From NCBI GenBank assembly GCA_048772705.1, contig JBLWGC010000213.1, positions 1-64,000 on the forward strand: a stretch of DNA of 64,000 bases. Reading direction: 5' to 3'. The position numbers and the translations under genes were made by a program. Position 1 is the stretch's first letter. Each line of letters starts with the position of its first letter. The notes beneath the pieces were generated by a model, which made no database searches, had not been told where the DNA came from, and saw only the letters and a list, made by a program, of their open reading frames with translations. Source of the DNA: Leidyana gryllorum EB-2025a (taxonomy: Eukaryota; Protista; Apicomplexa). Shown here one piece after another: positions 10,141 to 20,666 of this stretch.

Positions 10141-11088
10141 TTACCGATGGATATACGATGTAAACTTCAGAGGGTCTGAGTAAGAAGTCATTTGTGCCAC
10201 CCCAGTCTTTGACAAGCCGACTGCCTCCCCATCGATGTAAGCCGAGGAAGTTATGGATTCGGAAGGTGGTCTACCGGCCGCAGGCTCGTAGTACAATATC
10301 GGTGATGGCGCTCTGAAAGGTTCAGTCCCGCTCATCGCTGGAACAGCAGCGGGTCTTGCACCTAACCCGGAAACGTCGATCAGTTCTGGAGAATGCCCCA
10401 TAGGAAACGCTGGTAGGGCAGGACCGTCCACGACTGGGTGATGATACTGGATAAGTGGCTCTACTTGTTCCTCCTCAATGATGCCGCTTGACTTAGTGTG
10501 ACGATGGTGATGATGACGATGGTGGTGATGCTTCAACTTGGTGGTGGTATGAAAGTCTGAGACTGTGAGTCCCGAATTACGGAGCTGAGCTCGACTGACG
10601 AAACTCAATACGAGATTTGCGCACCCCATCAGGGCGATAGCTGAACCGCAGGTCATGAAAAGCCAGTGTTCATTGCTGAGAGCCAAAGATAAGACTCCTA
10701 CTAATATGTAGTAAAATCCTTTGCCCCGCAACCCGTGTAAAAAGCGAAACTCGGTGTAGAACCACTGTCGCAATTGGTGATGCTCCGGTAAGAGAGCCTT
10801 GCCTTCAAGCAGCAGTACAGTCAGGCCGAAGAAGATCATGTAGAACTTGAGCATCGTGATGGGTAGAAATCGTATCTTGAAGGTGAAAGGATACATGCTG
10901 TAGATTCCGACAAAGACCACCAGAGCTCCTGTCACAGCCACCACAGCCCGCACAAACATAAAGACGCCATCCAGTCCACAACTTGGTACTTCTTCCGATC
11001 GATTCGAAGCCATATGGAGAAGATTGGAGTCTTCCGCACGGTTCAGCACCGCAACCTTGGGTCTTGGTCGCAGCTCTGACGGTGGCAT
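10141..11088 (-). CDS. COPI-associated (Tvp15-like) Golgi membrane protein
   Basis: Four hydrophobic segments; FYMIFFGLTVLLLE..FRFLHGLRGKGFYYILVG matches the family F.FL....GRG.FY motif; poly-His and Pro-rich tail. Confidence 0.8.
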   Translation of the reverse strand: MPPSELRPRPKVAVLNRAEDSNLLHMASNRSEEVPSCGLDGVFMFVRAVVAVTGALVVFVGIYSMYPFTFKIRFLPITMLKFYMIFFGLTVLLLEGKALLPEHHQLRQWFYTEFRFLHGLRGKGFYYILVGVLSLALSNEHWLFMTCGSAIALMGCANLVLSFVSRAQLRNSGLTVSDFHTTTKLKHHHHRHHHHRHTKSSGIIEEEQVEPLIQYHHPVVDGPALPAFPMGHSPELIDVSGLGARPAAVPAMSGTEPFRAPSPILYYEPAAGRPPSESITSSAYIDGEAVGLSKTGVAQMTSYSDPLKFTSYIHR

Positions 11089-11109
11089 CTCTTTTTTTCC
11101 AATGTCGTT

Positions 11110-11454
11110 TCAGTTTAGTTTGACATAAGGGTGAACTCTGCATCGTTGGGCAAGTCTGGGTGAAGTTTGGCTGAGTCCGGATTGGAAGAAGGTTCTGTTC
11201 TGATCGAGAGCCTGCGAAATCATGTGGTTTGGTACCACAGCAGAATGTCGTGAGGGGAGCATCTGAGCGGTGCGGAACTCCAGGGCAGCTATCCAGTCCG
11301 AACCAGGACCGCGATTCGGATAACTATCATAAGTCACTTGACACACCAAGGGATGACAACAGTCGCTGGTTCGTTCGCACAAACTTCCTGTCCTACCACA
11401 TGACAACACCATGGTGGGGATAAGATAGGTCCATATGGCTATGATGGCTCTCAT
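11110..11454 (-). CDS. Small secreted Cys-rich (knottin-like) protein, 114 aa
   Basis: Signal-peptide-like MRAIIAIWTYLIPTMVLS followed directly by C-x6-C-x5-CC-x4-C. Confidence 0.6.
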   Translation of the reverse strand: MRAIIAIWTYLIPTMVLSCGRTGSLCERTSDCCHPLVCQVTYDSYPNRGPGSDWIAALEFRTAQMLPSRHSAVVPNHMISQALDQNRTFFQSGLSQTSPRLAQRCRVHPYVKLN

Positions 11455-11497
11455 CAGGGACCACACACGCAAAGTTGTCGAACGCACACGCAACGCC

Positions 11498-13306
11498 TCA
11501 TTCCCAATCTGAGAGCAATTGCTTAATTTCAGCTGCGACTTGGTCAGCCACCGCCTTCGAAGTAGCTTCTATGTACGTCCTGCACACGTCCTCAGTTCCT
11601 GACGGACGAATAAAAGCTCGCACTCTTTCTGTGTCCGGGTACTTCTTGACGATGGCGTCAATTGATGCCTGCAACTCAACCGGCTCTATCAGTACCTTCT
11701 CATCGCTTGGTCGGGGTTTCAAGCGATCCAATTGGGACCGAGGCATCATCACTTTGTCTTGAACCACTTGTAGATCTTGATACAATTTCATGGTATCGCA
11801 ACTGTTCAATTTCAGTAACCTGCCAGGAGGATGGGGTAGCGGTCTCCGTTGGAGTGTCCTACCTGCACGCAGCCTCAAAAGCTAATGCATCAACCATTGC
11901 ATCACCAGTAGTATGGTTGTACATACTCAAAAAGGCGCGGAGACCCTTCCATGGGGCCAGCTGTGAAGATGGCATTTGCTCAAGATGGCTTAGTCGCTCT
12001 GACTTACATCTGTACACCCTAGGGTGGTCGCGAACTCATCCAAGCGACTTGACCGATGGATGACGGTGCCGTGCCCATTCGCCTCAAAATAAACCGCAAT
12101 GTCGAAGGCCGTGGCGGCGTGATGTAGGTGTTTGACACCGGTCTTGGTGGCCACGATCTCAATATCGTATGCTGGATTTTTGGTCTTGGTCAGTTCTTCC
12201 AAAAAGGCAGTGGAGGCTCCGTTAGCGTACGCCGTTTGCACTATCCCTACGCTCAGTGGTTTCACAGAGTCCCCCAATGCTTGAGCATATGGAGCTGTGG
12301 CCACACGCAGTAGTTGAACGATAGCAGTAGTTGCGACGACCGCAAGCCTGTCACCGTCTATAAGGACGGGAATGTTTTTGGGCTCGGTGGTCGGGGTGAG
12401 GAAATAGATGAGGCGATCGGCATCGCCATCCAGGGCACAGCAAGTCAAGCCAGGCGGGTCATTAGTTGTGGGGCCGAAGTTTTGAGGGAACTGTCGCGTT
12501 TTCTGGACATGTTCCGCCCCGCAATTTTCATTTAATACCACGACTTGGTCATCAATGCGGTTGCGCAAGCGCAAGTCGATCCCAAGGAGCTGGAAAGTGG
12601 GCTCGAAGGCGGGCATGAAGAGCGCGCCCACGCCTCCGGCACAGTCACAGACGAGCGGGCGCAACTGCTTGTTGCTCTGCGTGTTGAATTCCGCAATGAC
12701 TGCCAAATCCTTAATAAGGTCGTGGAAGTACGCAATATAAGCTTCATGCCACCAATTTGCCGTGTTGACAAGAGTAGTCTCGGCTTCGAGCTGGTTGGCT
12801 TTCCATACGCCCCAGTGCAGCATTGGCGTTGTGACCTGCTCCAAATTGATCGAACGTCCTCCTACACCTTCTACGCCTTTCTGAGCGAAGAGGGCGAATT
12901 GGGGAGATGATGGCCGTGTGTCGCGTCCGACCAGGACACGTGTTTTTCTAAGATCATCATAGGTGACTTCCAAATGCGACAAGATGTTCTCAAAAGCAGT
13001 TTGTGCATCGGGCGCCGTGGTAGCATTCGCAAATTCAGTAAGTAAAGGTTCCAAAGCTGGAGTCAGCATTCCTCCATCCGGCTCGACGACTTTGACACCA
13101 TTGTCCGAAACTTGATTGTGAGAGGCCGTAATACAAAGCCCCACAGCGGCTCCCTTGTGACTGGCAGATCTGGCTGCCGCAAACATTCCACATCGCAGCA
13201 TTACATGGGGTAAACGGCTCGCGTTGCTTCGAAATCCAGCCGTACCGTATTGCAGCTGCCCAGCATTGACAGACCAGGGAACCTCATTCAGTAGTTGGGT
13301 AATCAT
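11498..13306 (-). CDS. PGM3: Phosphoacetylglucosamine mutase
   Basis: YGTAGFR, ITASHN, DGDADR, YFEANGHGT and RAFIRPSGTEDVCR motifs; introns 11961-12007 and ~11820-11862. Confidence 0.95.
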
Positions 13307-13310
13307 TTAG

Positions 13311-13319
13311 CAAAATTTG
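13311..13319. promoter_or_regulatory. Candidate bidirectional core promoter CAAAATTTG
   Basis: Sits in the 17-nt spacer between the PGM3 and SEC62 start codons; same 9-mer at 34501 and reverse complement at 37168. Confidence 0.6.
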
Positions 13320-13323
13320 AGAT

Positions 13324-14956
13324 ATGGCAGGCGGGTGCTGTGGCGGCAATGCTCCCAGCCGTCGTCAGGACGAATGGAATCCGGCATTCGTACCGTTCTG
13401 TAAGTCCGCTCCACTCATTCCTTCCTGTCACACTCACTTCATATCCAGTCGACTACCTGACCTCCTCTGGCAAGGATGCCATCAAAACGCGTGAGGCCAT
13501 CGAAGTGGGAGCCAAGTCATGCGAATACTTCCGAGGCTCTGACTTTTACCGTTGGATAGCCCGGCATCGCGAGCTATTTGAAAAGGAAGTGAGTGCAATG
13601 TGGGCTGGAGAGAGCAGAGACTACGTCTGCCTGCTTCTGTGTGTGTGTATATATATGTGTGTGTGTGTGTGTGTAGTTGGCTTGATGGTTGAGTGAGGAC
13701 ATTGCATCTGCAGTTCTCGAGCGTTCCAGCGGCGATGGGTTTGTCCCAACTTGACGTTCCGGGCGTCCCTCAAGTGCAGCTAGCGCAAGCCATTGGCACT
13801 GCGTTGCTGGCGGCGGGCTTCATACTGAGAGTTGAGCATCGTCCGATTGCCCCAATGGATGGCGATCAGAGTACCAACGACGAGGACAACGCGACAAATA
13901 CGTTGAGAGGTGAGTCGAGTATCTGCTGCTGCTGCTGCGCATCTACTGACTCGCGTAATGCAACAGACAATCCCAAATGGCCGAGAAGGGTGGGGGTTAA
14001 TCGTGAGAATCAGTCCTTCGACAATGAAGGGTTCTATATGATCGTTTACGAGCCCGTGGGAGCCACCAACTATCTGCTTCTCGGACTCATCATAGTAGCT
14101 GTGCTGGTGAGTGGTCCGAGATGTGCGATCTCTCTGTAATAGACATCTGTGTGACTGCAGTGTGCCTGTCTCTTCCCCATATGGCCGTTCCGTCTGAAGG
14201 TCGGGGCCTGGTATCTGGGTGTGAGCGTAGGTGTTCTAATGGTAAGCAGCGATGTTGTGCCGAAAGGACGCTAATGGGGGCGGGCTGTGTGTTCAGTTGG
14301 TGATCACTATCTTACGATTGGTGGTGTTTGTTCTGTTTTGGTTCGGAGGGTGCGACTTTTGGCTCGTTCCCAAGTTCTTCGATGAAGAGGCTGGCGTGAT
14401 CGACTCTTTCATCCCTCTGTACACATTCCAAAGACGGAAAGACGATTGGCTAATGGTGGGCGCACGATGCTTTGCCGCACTGCTGAGTGTTGGTCTGTTC
14501 TACAAGTTGTCTGAGACGCATTCGTTTGCCGATATGGGCAACGTCGCTTCCAAGTGGGTGTTGCGGTGGCTTTCTCTACTCTCTACTTTTCTTTTCAGAG
14601 GTTTCTTGGATATACTGGACTGGGGACATCAGAAGCTGGCTGACTCCCCGGCTGAGACCACCGTGGCGCCTGAAGCAACAGCCGGGCTTTCGGCGGAGGA
14701 ACGGGAGAAGCTGGAGTGGGAGAGTTGTGTCAAACATTGTGAGTTTGACGATTTGGAGGAGTTTAAGGATTTCTGCTATTCGGATTGCGAGTGTATGAAT
14801 GAGCTATGGGGTTCCAATTGTTGGAAACGTTGTCCTGTTGAAATTCAAGACAAACTTCGCTTGAAGAGCTCTGAATGTGCGGGCACCGACGTGGGAGAAG
14901 GAGATGAAGAGGAGGAAGTTGGCGGTCTGGATGGGGCAGAGCGAGACGAACTCTGA
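13324..14956 (+). CDS. SEC62: Translocon subunit Sec62 (6 exons) with C-terminal Cys-rich extension ending RDEL
   Basis: Spliced product has EYFRGSDFYRW, CLFPIWP..KVGAWYL and FWLVPKFFDEEAGVIDSFIPLY; five GT-AG introns. Confidence 0.9.
13638..13673 (+). repeat. Intronic (TG)n/(TA)n microsatellite
   Basis: tgtgtgtgtgtatatatatgtgtgtgtgtgtgtgtg in SEC62 intron 2. Confidence 0.9.
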
Positions 14957-17198
14957 TCAGTAGTACATCATCGGTATTCGGCCGCGGCCTTTGAACCGGG
15001 AGCCTTGGGGGCCCGCCAGCTCAACGTCTATGATCAGCAGATCCCTATGACTATTGACAGCAAGAAGTGTGTCGGGGTGGGACTCCAAATTCTGTATGCC
15101 CATCTTGCGGAATACACGTGGGCGGTTGACCTTTTGGTCCACGAAACAGGATAAAAACCCTGACCACCTCACGTAGCCCACTCCACACCCCTGGCCGGTG
15201 GCAAGTGAATGGCCTGAGCGAGACTTAGTTTTCTTCGAACAAAACAGCTCACCTCCGGTGACAATGAATCCAATGGGATCTTTTCCTGGTCTCGAGACGA
15301 CCATCGAGTACTTGTCAACTTTCCCCCTGCCGCACGCGTCGACAGCCATTGGGAGCCAAAGTTCCTCCTGTGGAGTCAACCGTTCGCCTTTCATTGTTCG
15401 CAAGAGCTCCTTGGCGCACGACGGGATATCGTGGGCTGACAGCATTCGACCAGTCAAAGTCGGAATGGTGGTCAAAGGGAAGTCCCAAGGCTGGGGAAGT
15501 TGTAGCGCTCTATAATTAAGTTTCTTTGATGGTGGGCGTCTGTCCCAGAGCCCCTTCTCGTCGCAGGCTACTACTTGTGCTTCATGTAATCCTGCGGTGG
15601 TGAGCCACCAGTGGTCAGGAAAAAGTAATTCTTGATGTTCTCGATATATTGACTGTAGGTTCTCAAACCCAATCGCTCGAACTCCTTGTCGTTCAAGGAT
15701 CCTGCGAACCACGTGTGCTTTGGGGGACATTTGTTTTCGCACACACTTACGTCCACAGGGGTCTCGCCACCGTGCCCGCTCGCACGTACACTTGTAAGCG
15801 CGGAGTCTGTCTGCCGACCCTCCTCAGTACGAGTGTGACAGGCTCAATGTTGATGGTTGCCACTACACCTGTGCCAGCTATGGGTACATGGGTCGAACTT
15901 GAGGGTGGAGGGGCCGGCGGCAGCTCATCACTATCGTCCAATAAAAGTAGCGAGTTTTCCTCAACATCAGTAACTGCTGACTGAGTAGTCAATTTAGCAT
16001 GAAGAACCTTCCCGGGTTTCCGTCGCTGTGATCTTCGAGTTAGCCGATATCGTTGACCATCTGTATCGACGGCAGTCAAACTGCGCCAATAGAATACACC
16101 CTCTGTATCGACGCCCTCCTTGTACGCAACTCTACGTGGTAACTCTGTATTCACGGGCAAAGTGGAGTTCCGGGCCGGGAACGGTCCCAGAATCGCAGGC
16201 GTTTCCAAATCGAAACTCCAGTGCAAGTTCTGGTGCAACAGATAGTTTGCTGCGTGTGCTGAAGTCAGCAAACGGCGCAGATCCTCAGATACATATCTCA
16301 TTCCATCGGCGCCCAGCACCCGGGCAAAGTGCCGCAATGATTGGGGCCCTATGATTTCGAAACAGCTCACGGGAACCTCCGTGATTTCTGACTCAGTCCA
16401 AAGCTGTTGCAGTAAAGCTTTTAGCCGGGCACCGAGACACGGATGCACAGTCAGCCACAGCCCACGGGCACTGCAAGCCGAGACTTTGAAGCTGATCGTT
16501 TCGCAGGGGCCCACGACCTCTCCGTTCTGATATAAGACAAATTGACCCGCAGGACGAACATGCAGCCCTTTATTGGACGGAGCTCCAAGCGCTCTCAGCA
16601 GAGTCTTGAGACCCTCCGTCGTCCCCCTGAGCTCATACGTGACATGGTACGACCGGTCGTGCATCACAGCGCGTCGGAGGGAGTACCGATGCACTTTGCG
16701 ACGGCATTTCTGAGTGGGGGATCGAGGGAGTTTCCAGCCCCAACGCGAAGCCATGTGCATCCGCTTCACTGCAGGAGAGTCGCGGGGCATTGGGTTGGGG
16801 CACTCACTCACCTTGCCACAGATGCGTCTCGAGCCATCTGGCTGCGTTGGCCGCCCTGTTGGAGAATTCTTGGCGAATGTTCTTTGGGCGGCGTCGATCG
16901 CGGCGGGGGCGACGAGAAGCGACGGGCGGGTTGGTGGCAAAGTCTCGAAGCACGCCGGCCCTGAGTATACGGGGGATACGGTAGGGGTTGTGTGACTGTG
17001 CTCTCCGTCTACGAGCAGATTTTGAGAAAGTTGTTGATTTATACAGAGAGAGAGAGGTGTATACCTTTGCTCAAAGTGAAGCTGCTGGAAAGAGCGTTTG
17101 CCCTTTTTGAGTTGTGCTAAGTCTTGTAGGAGGGAGTGTGTCTCTTGACGTCGGGCGGCCAGGAACTCCTCCACATCGATGGTGGCAGGGAGGTCCAT
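14957..17198 (-). CDS. POP1: RNase P/MRP protein subunit POP1
   Basis: FQQL..RRRALSHNPYRIP, WLETHLW, KRMHM..WGWKLPRSPT.K and MHDRSY motifs; C-terminal VGYV; three or more short introns. Confidence 0.85.
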
Positions 17199-17342
17199 TT
17201 TTGAGGTGGGCTGGGCTGTAAAAAAAGGTGGGAGACCGCGAGACAGCGCACACAGGAGCGGTTGGAAAGGATGAGTGAGGAATTACACACTCTCTGTTCC
17301 TCTCCCCCCGACCTCTCTTTACCTTCTGACTGAGTTGGCTTG

Positions 17343-18897
17343 ATGAAAAGCACATACGGAGCCGCTCAGAGCAAAGTCACTGGCAAACCTACAGCTTCCA
17401 TGCCGAGACCCCACAGCGACTGGCAGATCCCAGACCGTTATGAAGTTCGCCACCTGATTGGCACTGGGTCTTATGGTCATGTATGCGAGGCCTATGATCG
17501 CCAAGAGAAGAAAGTGGTGGCCATCAAGAAGATTCACCGCGTCTTTGAGGACATGGTGGATTGCAAGCGCATTCTGCGTGAGATTGCCATTCTCAATCGG
17601 CTGAAGCATGAGCACATCGTCAAAATTGTGGATATCTGTGTTCCAGAGCACCTCACCAAGTTTGACGAAATGTACATAGTGCTTGAAATCGCCGATTCCG
17701 ATTTCAAAAAGCTCTTTAGGTAAGACAAAGTCTATTGAGGTCGCTCCCAACTCCCCACAGAACTCCCGTCTTCCTCTCTGAGTTGCATATCAAGACCCTG
17801 TTGTATAACCTTTTGATCGGTTTGAAATATGTACACTCTGCTGGCATCTACCACCGAGATCTGAAGCCAGCCAATTGTTTGGTCAACCAAGACTGCTCTG
17901 TCAAGATCTGCGACTTTGGCCTCGCTCGGACTGTGGGAAAGCCGGAAGCCAATCAGCGTCTTCCTACCTCTCCTCGTGACGACAGCCAACCAGTAGTCAG
18001 CGTCCCCCACACCAAGGCGCTCAAGAATCAGTTGACTGGCCACGTTGTCACCCGATGGTACCGTGCTCCAGAACTCATCCTCCTACAGGAGAACTACACC
18101 GAAGCCATCGATGTATGGTCAGTCGGCTGCATCTTTGCCGAGCTCATGAATATGATCGTGAGTCGCGACACACACACTCCTGCCAACGCCCGCTTCCCCT
18201 ACAGAAAGAAAACTGCCCTCACCACTCTGACCGTGGCCCGCTGTTCCCGGGTGCCTCATGTTTCCCTCTCTCACCCGACCACAAGCACGCTGCTGACTAC
18301 AAGTGAGTATACAGTGATTTGATTGCGCGCAACTTCACCACCAGATACCACACCCGAGGCAATCGCGACCAGTTGAATGTGATTTTCAATGTGTTGGGGA
18401 CTCCCTCGGAAGAAGATATCGAACAGTTAGAGAAGGAAGATGCTAAGCGTTATGTGCGCATCTTTGCTCAACGGGAGCCCATCGACCTCGCCACCAAGTA
18501 CACCCATTCTTCTCGTAAGCACCTCGCCCCCTCAACAAAATCCGGATACGCCCTCACAGCTCTGAGTGTTGACCTGTTGAAGAAGATGCTCGTCTTTAAC
18601 CCGCACAAGCGCATCACGGTGGCACAATGTCTGGAACACCCCTTCTTCGCCAGCGTTCGCAACCAGGAGATTGAGAAAACCTGCGAAGCCAAAGAAGTCA
18701 TCAATCTCCCCTTCGACGACTGGAAAGAAATGGATCAACATCAGCTTCGGTAAGACTCAAACACAGATCTAGCCTCAGACACACACACCCACCCATTCAG
18801 TTTCGCCTTCTTGCGGGAGATCCAGCGTTTCCACCCTGAGGTCGTCATCCCTTCTTACCTCGAAGAATATGGATACAACAACAGTAACGCGGCTTAA
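17343..18897 (+). CDS. MAPK2: Atypical MAP kinase, apicomplexan MAP-2 type (TGH activation loop)
   Basis: [35 protein letters not shown]; five short introns; stop TAA 18895-18897. Confidence 0.92.
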
Positions 18898-20087
18898 GCG
18901 TTCCGCGCCCTTCTTTCTTCTATCCCTCACCTGACTGCCTATGTACAATTACCCTCACCCCTTTCAAGCTGGCCGTGCCGAAGAAGTGTCTCATAACTAA
19001 TACGCGTAATGACGTATCCACAAATCTGACAGTTAAAGCTGAGCCGAATTTTCGTTCCTTCGGTTCGCTATGCCGCGCTGGCTGGCTACTCCCTCGGCAC
19101 CTATTTCGGATGAGGTTCGGTCGCACTGAGCCCCGCTTTATACCACCGTTCACACGGGCGTACGTACGTACGTCTACGCGGGCGGTCGTTGTGGTGGGAC
19201 GGCCACATGTGCGAATGAACCCCACCACGGCTGTCTCATTCATTCATTCACTCACTCATTCACACGAATCACCCCTTCTTCTCTCTTCTCTCTTTCTTCT
19301 CTCTAGCCAAGCAGGCTTAGTTATACTATGTTTAATGATTGTTGCAATTCTTGCCAACGCGGAATGAGGTTCGTTTCCTCTGTTTTTCTCAGCAGCAGAC
19401 CTGCATGGTGTTTGTCCTTGACGCTACAAGCGATAGCGAAGCTGCACACGTGTGTGGTCTGGCAAAGTAGCGGTGAGGAAAGATCACTAGAAGTACAACA
19501 TTGGACAAAATCACGCACAATCTATCCGACACCATTGGTCGCGTGGTGACAGAGTCGTCTCAGGACAATCGCGATATTCATAGTCTCTGATCCTTGAAAA
19601 CAGTATTAAAGTACATTCTCCACTGGATCCCAGTAGTGCATCGTGCCGGGTGGGCCAACCCCGCCGGTTCCAACAGCCCTCATTCACAATTGTAACCTCC
19701 AACGATGACGACGACGACGACGACGATGGGACGTCATCAAACTTTACGAAAGGAGTCCGATATTGACGTTGGAGGTGACGCAAATCTTCCCACATACTAT
19801 TGTTGCTCGCTCGCTCGCTCTCTCTCTAATTAGGAAAAGAAGTCGCAATGACAGATAGACAAACCCGCATTTCCGGTGCTGTCACTCTGACTCTGGTGGT
19901 TGGTTCAGCTGGGTTTTGGTCTCACGAAGCTAAATGTCCCGGCGGCGGCGGCCGCAGCAGGCGGTAAGGGCGAGAAAGAGAGAGTGCGACGAGGGTTGGT
20001 TCAGCTGATTACTTTGATAGATAGTCAGTTGATGGTTAGCCGTTGGTAGCATGGTCAGCAGAGGAGAAGCACTTTATGAACGAACAC

Positions 20088-20598
20088 TTAGTCGGTCATG
20101 GAGGTCTTTCCCTGACAGTCGGTGACGCGGGTGTTGTCCCTCTTCTTGCGAGCGAGGAGAGCCTCACGATCCTTGTCGAGGTGGAGCTTAGTGATCACGC
20201 AGTTGGAGGGCTTGATGCCGACGGGCTTGCTGTCTCCCTTTCTGCCCTCACGAGCGATCCGCTCGACGTGGATGCACCACTTCTTGCGGTACACAGCCAA
20301 GACCTTTCCCTCATTGTTCTGCTGCTTGCCAGTGCGGACGAAGACCTGTGTGGGGGTGAGTAGCAGTCGTCAACTCCTACGGTGTTATCGCTTACCTCGT
20401 CGTTTTTACGGATGGGCATAGAACGCACGTTGTACTTCTGACGGAGCTCCTTGGAGAGGGGAGCAGACATCAAGACTCTGCGCTCGTTGGAGCTGGCATT
20501 GAAGTGCAGCTTGCGAGACTTGCCCGGCTTGGAAGAAATGGCTGTTGGGAAACGTCTATGAGGATTGATAGTAACACCTTACTGCTGTTGTACTTCAT
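20088..20598 (-). CDS. RPL26: 60S ribosomal protein L26 (uL24)
   Basis: [54 protein letters not shown]; two introns. Confidence 0.95.
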
Positions 20599-20666
20599 GC
20601 TCCTGCCCAAGCTAACGGTGCAAAAACAGACTGAAAAAAAGGATTCAAGAAGTTCATTGTTCTGTC

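Noticed and set aside
11960-12010. Apparent premature stops and frameshifts in conserved genes suggesting stop-codon reassignment or pseudogenes
   Set aside because: Each case I checked resolves as a canonical GT-AG intron; TAA, TAG and TGA all serve as true stops
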